This document shows, one piece after another, positions 1-5,971 of a DNA stretch of 10,131 nucleotides (position 1 is its first letter; every line of letters begins with the position of its first letter). The stretch is taken from UHGV virus genome UHGV-0819168; one strand, 5' to 3'. Origin of the DNA: a virus. The notes below the pieces were generated by a model. That model was not told the origin of the DNA. It made no database searches and saw nothing but the letters and a program-made list of their open reading frames with translations. A program made the position numbers and the translations under genes.

Positions 1-127
1 GCGCTGACAGCTTTACCTGGTGATCTTCAGCATCTTCCCGGGCTATTGTGGTTCGCGCAGTGGCTGATTTTGCTGACATCACCACAGGGGGCAGACGGAC
101 CATTGAACCATGGCCTCCGGAACAAAT
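1..127. repeat. Direct repeat copy 1 (127 bp, identical to 2177-2303); left boundary cut by window start
   Basis: Base-for-base identity of 1-127 with 2177-2303; identity stops at 128 (ttt) versus 2304 (aag). Confidence 0.9.
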
Positions 128-797
128 TTTCAGGAAGGTACTGATCGATGTTTTCCGGGAAGCTCAGCAAACGGGCGATGTCCCGCCAGGCTTTAACCCT
201 GCAGAATCGGCAAAAAAACCGCAGGTGCGGATATCAAGACAGCGACTGACTTTTGATGAGTGGATGATGATTTATAACGCAGCGGAAAAGGATGGTTACT
301 TTTTACAGCGCGGTATGCTGCTGGCACTGATGACAGGCCAGCGCCTTTCAGATATTTGCAAAATGCAATTTTCGGATATCCGGGATGGTTATCTTCATGT
401 CGAACAGCAAAAAACAGGAACCCGGATTGCCATCCCTCTGGCTCTGCGTTGCGATAAATTAAATCTCACCCTAGATGATGTGGTGTCATCCTGCCGCGAT
501 TGCGTTCTTAGTCCGTGGCTATTGCACCACCATCACGCGAAAGGGACAGCTAAGCGCGGCGGGATGGTTAAGCCAGCAACATTAACCGTTGCATTTAAAA
601 AAGCCCGGGATTCTGTGGATTACAACTGGCGTGCTAATGGCACCCCACCCTCTTTCCATGAGCAGAGATCTTTATCAGAGCGATTGTTCAGAGAGCAGGG
701 GGTTGATACCAAAATTTTGCTGGGCCATTCGAATCAAAAAATGACCGATATTTACAACGACGCACGCGGTAAGGAATGGAAAAAACTGGTCATTTGA
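48..797 (+). CDS. int: Tyrosine recombinase / phage integrase, lambda Int-like catalytic domain; probably 5'-truncated (in-frame TGA at 21-23, homology to Int begins just after the direct repeat)
   Basis: Translation matches lambda Int C-terminal half as recalled: RLTFDEW..IYNAAE, LLALMTGQRLSDICKMQFSDIRDGYLHVEQQKTGTRIAIP (lambda LAVVTGQRVGDLCEMKWSDIVDGYLYVEQSKTGVKIAIP), PPSFHEQRSLSERLF, LLGHSNQKMTDIYNDARGKEWKKL. Catalytic Arg, His-x-x-Arg and Tyr positions present. Stop TGA at 795-797. Confidence 0.85.
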   Translation: MVRAVADFADITTGGRRTIEPWPPEQIFRKVLIDVFREAQQTGDVPPGFNPAESAKKPQVRISRQRLTFDEWMMIYNAAEKDGYFLQRGMLLALMTGQRLSDICKMQFSDIRDGYLHVEQQKTGTRIAIPLALRCDKLNLTLDDVVSSCRDCVLSPWLLHHHHAKGTAKRGGMVKPATLTVAFKKARDSVDYNWRANGTPPSFHEQRSLSERLFREQGVDTKILLGHSNQKMTDIYNDARGKEWKKLVI

Positions 798-803
798 TGA
801 CCA

Positions 804-837
804 GTTTTGCAGAGGGGTTTTGCAGAAGTTTTGCAGA
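804..837 (+). promoter_or_regulatory. Three tandem copies of GTTTTGCAGA (804-813, 817-826, 828-837) immediately 3' of int; candidate integrase arm-type binding sites (P'-arm-like)
   Basis: Exact 10-bp repeats spaced 13 and 11 bp apart (about one helical turn), directly after the int stop, in an AT-rich non-coding region. This mirrors the position of P'1-P'3 relative to int in lambda attP. Confidence 0.45.
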
Positions 838-1079
838 GAAAATTAAAAACGATATCCTGCGGAGAACATAAACACCCACGGATCCAGTCGTACCGAGTCT
901 TTTACGGTAGTAACACCAGATTTGTACTTAGCCGTGGTATCGATATCCATGTACCACACTGACATGTTTTAAAAAATGCAATAAGACATTGTATCTGAAA
1001 GAAAAAACAGGATTTGAGGCGCTTTTTTATACCGTTTTTCCGTGTTTTTAACTGCCTGATTTTATTGAAATCTTTTTTA

Positions 1080-1089
1080 GTTTTGCAGA
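1080..1089 (+). promoter_or_regulatory. Fourth copy of GTTTTGCAGA; candidate distal arm-type site (P-arm-like)
   Basis: Exact repeat of the 10-mer ~250 bp from the tandem triplet, within the same AT-rich non-coding tract. Confidence 0.35.
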
Positions 1090-1152
1090 AAGGATTTTTT
1101 GCTCGATCGCTTTAATTTTATACATTCCTGATAACGGAAATTTTTTTGCCCG

Positions 1153-1182
1153 TTGACAGTTTTTGTTCTCCGGGGCTATATT
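1153..1182 (+). promoter_or_regulatory. Sigma70-type promoter (TTGACA, 18-bp spacer, TATATT) reading toward the rha-like gene
   Basis: Consensus -35 TTGACA at 1153-1158 and near-consensus -10 TATATT at 1177-1182, preceded by an A/T-rich UP-like tract (1136-1147). Confidence 0.6.
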
Positions 1183-1190
1183 CCTCACAC

Positions 1191-1264
1191 AACCGCAAAA
1201 TCGGTTGTCGGGATTGGCGTCTCGGATAACATCACAACGCATAGCCGCGTTTGCGGTTTTTTTT
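1191..1264 (+). terminator. Terminator-like or attenuator structure in the leader: 9-bp perfect long-range stem (1191-1199 with 1250-1258) followed by T8; possible small RNA of ~75 nt
   Basis: aaccgcaaa at 1191-1199 is the exact reverse complement of tttgcggtt at 1250-1258; a run of eight T follows (1257-1264); it begins at the predicted transcription start of the 1153 promoter. Confidence 0.35.
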
Positions 1265-1424
1265 GCGTTAAGCATTGCCACATTCGCATTATGGTGGGGC
1301 GTGCAGGGGCGGAGAAATCCGCGCCGGGTTTTGTGATGACCGGTTACGCCAACCCTGTACGTCTCACCACCTCCCTGATTGGCGTCAGAGGTGGTGATCA
1401 TCCAATTAATTGGAGTCATCACAT

Positions 1425-1982
1425 ATGAATACAGCTATAACTTTTTCTAACGAGTCACCAAAAGTCTTTTTCAAAGATGGTCGCCTGGTTACCACCTCTC
1501 AAGCTGTTGCCGACTACTTCGATAAACAACATAAACACGTTTTAGCTAAGATTGACACACTCGACTGCTCTCCCGAATTTACATCAGCCAACTTTTCGGC
1601 CGATGTTCAGACTGTCGAAATTGGCAACGGCGCAGAACGTGAATCACGATGCTACCTGATCACAAAAGACGGCTTCATGTTCCTCGTAATGGGATTTACT
1701 GGCAAAAAAGCAGCCAGACTAAAAGAAGCTTACATTGAAAAATTTAACGCAATGGAAGAAGAACTCCACAAACGTCCTCCTGCAGCACAAAACTCCCCCG
1801 CCCCAAATAATGGATGCGCATTACTGATCCACTTCGATAAACACGGTCAGGTCGAGTTCACAGAAAAAGTCCCCGCCGATGCGATGGTATGCACGCTGGA
1901 ACGGTTTAAATTTTATCTGGAGCAACATGGGTGGATCGTTGCCCGTAAAGAACAATTGGTGGAAAGGTTGATGCGGTTTTAA
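1425..1982 (+). CDS. Rha-family phage regulatory protein (antirepressor-like); ORF track 1410-1982, ATG 1425 with GGAG at 1412-1415 is the likelier start
   Basis: N-terminal Rha signature: VTTSQAVADYFDKQHKHVLAKIDTL and YLITKDGFMFLVMGFTGKKAARLKEAYIEKFNAMEEEL. Followed by an intrinsic terminator. Confidence 0.8.
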   Translation: MNTAITFSNESPKVFFKDGRLVTTSQAVADYFDKQHKHVLAKIDTLDCSPEFTSANFSADVQTVEIGNGAERESRCYLITKDGFMFLVMGFTGKKAARLKEAYIEKFNAMEEELHKRPPAAQNSPAPNNGCALLIHFDKHGQVEFTEKVPADAMVCTLERFKFYLEQHGWIVARKEQLVERLMRF

Positions 1983-1993
1983 TGAATGCAAAA

Positions 1994-2022
1994 CCCCGGA
2001 TGATCACCGGGGTTAATTTTAT
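1994..2022 (+). terminator. Rho-independent terminator after the rha-like gene
   Basis: GC stem ccccgg (1994-1999) / ccgggg (2007-2012) with loop atgatca, followed by T-rich ttaatttt. Confidence 0.6.
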
Positions 2023-2176
2023 CGAGCGTGATTGCCGCTAATCGCCATCGCTCTGATTGAGCGTAAATCATTCAGGTTATTCAGTTCTTCCTTCTGCTCT
2101 CGCTGACGTCAATAAATCCCATCATTGCGATCAACCTCATCCTTAACCATTGATGCGAGCAGTTCTTCCAGTTTCT

Positions 2177-2303
2177 GCGCTGACAGCTTTACCTGGTGAT
2201 CTTCAGCATCTTCCCGGGCTATTGTGGTTCGCGCAGTGGCTGATTTTGCTGACATCACCACAGGGGGCAGACGGACCATTGAACCATGGCCTCCGGAACA
2301 AAT
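2177..2303. repeat. Direct repeat copy 2 (127 bp, identical to 1-127)
   Basis: Perfect identity to window positions 1-127 at a constant offset of 2176; flanks differ on the right side. Confidence 0.9.
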
Positions 2304-2343
2304 AAGGGCAAAAATAACAACCACTATCGAAAGCTCACAAACT

Positions 2344-2477
2344 AACCGCAGCACGTTCCTGCATACGACGTGTCTGCGGCATAATCCCAATGATTACTCC
2401 CTGACAGGATTTGCAGGCCACTCAATATCAGGTGCAGTTGATGTATCAACACGATTCAACAATACCCGATATTTATT
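2344..2477. repeat. Direct repeat A (~134 bp, ~90% identical to 3394-3526): 3' end of a tfa gene plus a 34-bp imperfect palindrome (2346-2379)
   Basis: Alignment by eye with 3394-3526; contains the last ~28 codons of the minus-strand tfa-like ORF and the palindrome ccgcagcacgt...acgtgtctgcgg. Confidence 0.85.
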
Positions 2478-2663
2478 CCATGCCTCCAGCAACGATCTTT
2501 CTTCCTCCGTTGCGATTTCCAGATCTACAGCATCCTGCAGTGGCGCAATATACTCACTGAATTCCTGGATGTAGAACTGTGTGGTGACGGTCTTCCAGCC
2601 ATTCGGCTCCTGCTGTATCGAAGCATACCAGGCTATTTCAATATCGCTATGCTGCGGCAGCAT
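2394..2663 (-). CDS. tfa: Tail fibre assembly protein, lambda Tfa-like C-terminal domain (89 aa; short, possibly chimeric or remnant)
   Basis: C-terminal 55 aa match lambda Tfa as recalled: [54 protein letters not shown] versus [56 protein letters not shown]-terminal 35 aa unrelated. Confidence 0.6.
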   Translation of the reverse strand: MLPQHSDIEIAWYASIQQEPNGWKTVTTQFYIQEFSEYIAPLQDAVDLEIATEEERSLLEAWNKYRVLLNRVDTSTAPDIEWPANPVRE

Positions 2664-2690
2664 TTAACCCCTTGTAATTCATCGCCATAA

Positions 2691-2719
2691 TTGATTTAAT
2701 TCACAAATAAAACTATAAC
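2691..2719 (+). promoter_or_regulatory. Candidate sigma70 promoter for the methyltransferase gene (TTGATT, 17-bp spacer, TATAAC)
   Basis: -35-like TTGATT at 2691-2696 and -10-like TATAAC at 2714-2719. Its position implies a very short leader and use of ATG 2732 rather than ATG 2720. Confidence 0.35.
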
Positions 2720-3388
2720 ATGGTGAAATCAATGAAAAAAAACACAGATGATGGGGCTAAAATTTACACACCACTTACCCTAAAGCTTTATGACTGGTGG
2801 GTTTTGGGAGTATCAAATCGGCTTGCATGGGGATGTCCTACAAAGGAACACCTTCTTCCACACTTTCTGGAACATGTAGGTAACAACCATCTGGATATTG
2901 GTGTTGGAACTGGGTTTTACCTTACTCACGTACCTGAGAGTAGTCTGATATCTTTAATGGATTTGAACGAAGCTAGCCTGAACGCGGCATCTACAAGGGC
3001 TGGGGAATCAAAAATTAAACATAAAATTAGCCATGATGTTTTTGAACCTTATCCCGCGGCGTTACATGGTCAATTTGATTCCATTTCCATGTTTTACCTT
3101 CTTCACTGCCTGCCTGGAAATATATCTACAAAAAGCTGTGTAATACGCAATGCGGCGCAGGCCTTAACTGACGATGGAACTCTATACGGAGCCACAATTC
3201 TTGGCGATGGAGTTGTGCACAATAGCTTCGGTCAAAAACTGATGCGCATTTACAATCAGAAAGGCATCTTTTCAAACACAAAAGATTCCGAAGAAGGCTT
3301 AACACATATACTCTCAGAGCATTTCGAGAATGTTAAAACCAAGGTTCAAGGTACTGTAGTAATGTTTTCCGCTTCAGGGAAAAAATAG
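2720..3388 (+). CDS. Class I SAM-dependent methyltransferase (Rossmann fold, ~220 aa, substrate unknown); AT-rich moron; alternative start ATG 2732
   Basis: Motif I hh-D-h-G-x-G-x-G (HLDIGVGTGFY), post-I acidic residue (SLMDLNE), motif II (FDSISMFYLLHCLP), motif III (LTDDGTLYGATIL) in canonical order. No DPPY/NPPY or C5-cytosine MTase motifs. Markedly lower GC than flanking genes (about 37% in a hand-counted 60-nt line at 3001-3060). Confidence 0.75.
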   Translation: MVKSMKKNTDDGAKIYTPLTLKLYDWWVLGVSNRLAWGCPTKEHLLPHFLEHVGNNHLDIGVGTGFYLTHVPESSLISLMDLNEASLNAASTRAGESKIKHKISHDVFEPYPAALHGQFDSISMFYLLHCLPGNISTKSCVIRNAAQALTDDGTLYGATILGDGVVHNSFGQKLMRIYNQKGIFSNTKDSEEGLTHILSEHFENVKTKVQGTVVMFSASGKK

Positions 3389-3393
3389 CATCC

Positions 3394-3526
3394 AACCGCA
3401 GCACGTTCTTGCTTAAGACGTGCTGCGGCATAATCCCAATGATTACTCCCTGACAGGGTTCGTAGGCCACTCAATATCAGGTGCAGTTGATGTATCAACA
3501 CGGTTCAGTAACACCCGATACTTTTT
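3394..3526. repeat. Direct repeat B (~133 bp, ~90% identical to 2344-2477): perfect 11-bp-stem palindrome (3396-3428) plus a 27-codon tfa 3' fragment ending in a TAG where Trp is expected
   Basis: ccgcagcacgt (3396-3406) / acgtgctgcgg (3418-3428) perfect inverted repeat. Minus-strand translation of 3446-3526 gives [27 protein letters not shown], preceded by TAG at the Trp position. Confidence 0.85.
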
Positions 3527-3574
3527 CTAGGCTTCCACCACCAGCACGACAAGATGCCGCATACAGTGAACCAG

Positions 3575-3769
3575 TCAGTCCAGTTTTCAGACAACCAGTG
3601 CGTCACCTTTTTGAAGGCGCTTTAAAGCACGTTTTAATCCAGGTCGGCCTGTCCTTGTTCCGCTTAATTTATCTTCAAATATTTGTTCATATCCTGCACA
3701 AACAAGAGCGTTTCGTTGCAGATCTGTATTCTGGTCATTTGTTGATACCCTTACATAGCCAATCAGCAC
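3575..3769 (-). pseudogene. pin: pin/gin-family serine DNA invertase, 5' remnant only (~60 codons; TGG to TGA nonsense then loss of the remaining ~120 codons)
   Basis: From GTG 3769 (RBS gggag upstream): MLIGYVRVSTNDQNTDLQRNALVCAGYEQIFEDKLSGTRTGRPGLKRALKRLQKGDALVV-stop-KLD-stop. This matches the Pin/Gin/Hin/Cin N-terminus including the catalytic Ser in VRVSTNDQ, and stops where Pin continues WKLDRLGRS. Confidence 0.8.
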
Positions 3770-3823
3770 GCTGAATCTCCCGTCCAAAAGCACAAATCAT
3801 GCCATGCAGGCCAGAAACCGCCA

Positions 3824-3849
3824 TTATCTAAAACCTCGGTTTACAGGAA
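3824..3849 (+). other. Gin/Pin-family 26-bp inversion crossover site (pix/gix-like, right-type orientation)
   Basis: ttatctaaaacctcggtttacaggaa; reverse complement ttcctgtaaaccgaggttttagataa differs at one position from the gix sequence as recalled. Lies ~50 bp upstream of the pin start. Confidence 0.7.
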
Positions 3850-3894
3850 ACGGTAAACAAGGCTGGTAACGCCGTTCAGCGTTCCGGCGATAAA

Positions 3895-4863
3895 ATGACC
3901 GGAGAACTGAAAATTGGCACGGTGAATGCGCTGCGAATTTTCAATGATGCCTTCGGTCTTATTTTCCGTCGTTCAGAAGATTTTCTTCATTTCATTCCGA
4001 CGGCTGAAGGACAAGGCGAAAACGGTGATATCGGCCCATTAAGGCCATTCGCTATAAATCTGAGAACAGGTGCTATATCTGTCAGCCACGGGGCCAAAAT
4101 TGATGGTGGGCTGGCGCTTGGTACAGATAACGCACTGGGCGGTAATTCCATTACTCTCGGAGATAACGACACTGGTATTAAACAGGGCGGCGACGGTGTC
4201 CTTTTATTCTATTCAAATGGACAACTGGCATTTGGGCTTCAACCCGCATCTGCTGATTTTTATAAGCGGGTTGCATATATTCATCAGGGAATAATTCCTG
4301 ATGGAAGTGGCGCATTTGCAGACCAGTTGAATAATGCCACCGCGCCTTTTGTTCAGACGCAGTTTGCCTGGAATCCCACTCCTGGTGGTCATTACGTGCC
4401 GATAGTTAAGGGCTTGTCCATTCGCAATGGACAGGGCTATCCCGGCGCGGTCAGCTTTGGGTATTTACTGACAGAACAGTATGGATTTCCGGTTCCATGT
4501 ATTCATATGCGTGGCGATGGCGGTAATGATGCTTTATGGCAGTTTAACCCGAACGATAAATCCTTTATTTCACCGGGTGCTCTTATTGCGGGTGGCGTCC
4601 GTTATAACACCGATGGAAATATATTTGGTGGGTGCTGGGGGTCAAACTTAAATGATTACCTGAATAGTTCTTTTATCAGAAATGTGCGTCTGGGAGGCAG
4701 ACGTTCTGACACATTATATCGCGGAGGACTTTGCGAACCAGGTAATGGTCATGTGACAACAGGATTGCAAATTATTGGTGAGGTTGATGGAGATGACTGG
4801 ATGGTGTCACGACCACTACAAAAATACATTTCTGGTAACTGGTATAACGTTGAACAGGCATAG
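3895..4863 (+). CDS. Silent alternative side-tail-fibre C-terminal cassette; open frame runs from the crossover site (3832) with no own initiation context, expressed only after inversion
   Basis: Frame open from 3832 through the 3824-3849 site in the same phase as stf through the 6905-6930 site. Shares LGGNSITLGDNDTGIKQGGDG and C-terminal RPLQKYISGNWYNV with the expressed stf C-terminus. Confidence 0.65.
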   Translation: MTGELKIGTVNALRIFNDAFGLIFRRSEDFLHFIPTAEGQGENGDIGPLRPFAINLRTGAISVSHGAKIDGGLALGTDNALGGNSITLGDNDTGIKQGGDGVLLFYSNGQLAFGLQPASADFYKRVAYIHQGIIPDGSGAFADQLNNATAPFVQTQFAWNPTPGGHYVPIVKGLSIRNGQGYPGAVSFGYLLTEQYGFPVPCIHMRGDGGNDALWQFNPNDKSFISPGALIAGGVRYNTDGNIFGGCWGSNLNDYLNSSFIRNVRLGGRRSDTLYRGGLCEPGNGHVTTGLQIIGEVDGDDWMVSRPLQKYISGNWYNVEQA

Positions 4864-4878
4864 CCATCAGGAGAATAT

Positions 4879-5406
4879 ATGCAACATCTGAAAAATATTA
4901 CCGCCGGAAACCCCAAAACCATTGAGCAGTATCAGCTTACGAAAAAAGCTGGCGTTATCTGGCTATATACAGAAGACGGTAAAAACTGGTATGACGAATT
5001 AAAAAACTTTCAGGATGATACTTTAAAAATAGCTTATGACCAGAAGGGGATTATTCGTTGTATTGAGAAAGACGTATCAACACTTAACCCTGACGGGTTA
5101 AGTGTTGTTGAGTTACCGAATATAACAGCCAACCGTCGCGCCGATATCTCGGGAAACTGGAAGTTTCTGGATGGTAAAGTAGTAAAGCGGGAATATACAA
5201 AACAGGAACTGCAACAGCAGGCAGAGTTACAAAAAGCCGCTTTGCTTTCCGAAGCGGAGTCTGTGATTCAACCGCTGGAACGTGCTGTCAGACTGAATAT
5301 GGCAACTGATGAGGAACGCACACGACTGGAATCATGGGAACGCTACAGCGTTATGGTCAGCCGTGTGGATACTGCAAAGCCTGAATGGCCACAGAAACCA
5401 GAATAA
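4879..5406 (+). CDS. tfa: Tail fibre assembly protein (second copy, partner of the silent fibre cassette)
   Basis: [38 protein letters not shown].. is 60-70% identical by eye to the 5437-5970 Tfa; C-terminus ..[31 protein letters not shown] is the Tfa C-terminal pattern. AGGAG RBS at 4867-4871. Confidence 0.85.
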   Translation: MQHLKNITAGNPKTIEQYQLTKKAGVIWLYTEDGKNWYDELKNFQDDTLKIAYDQKGIIRCIEKDVSTLNPDGLSVVELPNITANRRADISGNWKFLDGKVVKREYTKQELQQQAELQKAALLSEAESVIQPLERAVRLNMATDEERTRLESWERYSVMVSRVDTAKPEWPQKPE

Positions 5407-5416
5407 CAACAAATTA

Positions 5417-5436
5417 AGGCCCGTACGGGCCTTTTC
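5417..5436. terminator. Bidirectional intrinsic terminator between the convergent tfa genes
   Basis: Perfect palindrome ggcccgtacgggcc (5417-5430) flanked by A-rich sequence on one side and T-rich (ttttctt) on the other. Confidence 0.6.
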
Positions 5437-5970
5437 TTATTCTGGTGGTTCCGGGAATGTTACAGGAAGAACCGAGGTATCAGTTGTCTCAACCTGTTGC
5501 ACGTATCGCATCCAGTTCATCAGTTGCTGTCTGTCTGAATCAGTGATAATCCCCAAAGTAAGCTGTGTTTGCCAGAACTGCGTTTTTTCTCTGGCCTGCT
5601 GTAATAATATTTTTTTCTGGTTTTCCGTCTGTAGGCGCAACTCTTCTTCGGTATATACACGTTTAATGACTGCGCCATCTTTAAACATCCATTTACCTGA
5701 GTCGTCAGCACGCCGGTTGGCGGTAATATCAGGAATCTCAACGACGCTATAACCTTCAGGGTTAAGTGTGGAGGCATCTTTGGTTATGGCAACAATAATA
5801 TTATTTTCATCGTAAACAATCTTTATGGTGTCTGGCTGAAAGTTTTTCACTTCCTCATACCAGTTTTTTCCGTCCTCAGAGTAAAGCCAGATAACTCCGT
5901 GTTTCTTTGTTAACTCATACTGTTCCAGTGTTTTAGCATTACCCGCTTTTATGTTCTTTAAGTGCATCAT
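5437..5970 (-). CDS. tfa: Tail fibre assembly protein (currently expressed orientation), translationally coupled to stf
   Basis: [58 protein letters not shown].. matches the E. coli prophage TfaE/TfaR-type family. ATG lies 1 nt after the stf stop. Confidence 0.9.
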   Translation of the reverse strand: MMHLKNIKAGNAKTLEQYELTKKHGVIWLYSEDGKNWYEEVKNFQPDTIKIVYDENNIIVAITKDASTLNPEGYSVVEIPDITANRRADDSGKWMFKDGAVIKRVYTEEELRLQTENQKKILLQQAREKTQFWQTQLTLGIITDSDRQQLMNWMRYVQQVETTDTSVLPVTFPEPPE

Positions 5971-5971
5971 A

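Noticed and set aside
1048-1428. ORFs 1048-1422 (minus, 124 aa) and 1153-1428 (plus, 91 aa)
   Set aside because: They span the promoter, leader hairpins and AT-rich att-like tract; compositions are not protein-like and no RBS-plus-start context is evident; interpreted as regulatory or att DNA instead.
2109-2574. ORFs 2109-2390 (minus, 93 aa) and 2224-2574 (plus, 116 aa) crossing direct-repeat copy 2
   Set aside because: The plus ORF reads through the repeat into antisense tfa sequence; the minus ORF has an implausible Cys/Arg/Val-rich N-terminus. Not called as CDS, though the charged C-terminal part of the minus frame may belong to a gene whose 5' end lies elsewhere (see the direct-repeat finding).
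2720-3388. Interpreting the methyltransferase as the modification half of a restriction-modification system
   Set aside because: No D/NPPY (amino-MTase) or PCQ/ENV (C5-MTase) motifs, no target-recognition domain and no adjacent endonuclease-like ORF; kept as a generic class I SAM-dependent MTase.
3481-3774. 97-aa plus-strand ORF
   Set aside because: Antisense to the pin remnant and the tfa 3' fragment in repeat B; the minus strand carries recognisable Pin and Tfa homology.
3987-4294. ORFs 3987-4172 (minus) and 4070-4294 (plus)
   Set aside because: Nested in or antisense to the silent fibre C-terminal cassette, which has clear similarity to the expressed stf C-terminus.
5309-5777. ORFs 5309-5752 (plus) and 5520-5777 (minus)
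   Set aside because: They overlap the two tfa genes and the palindromic terminator; Cys/Ser-rich compositions with no motifs; the tfa genes account for the region.
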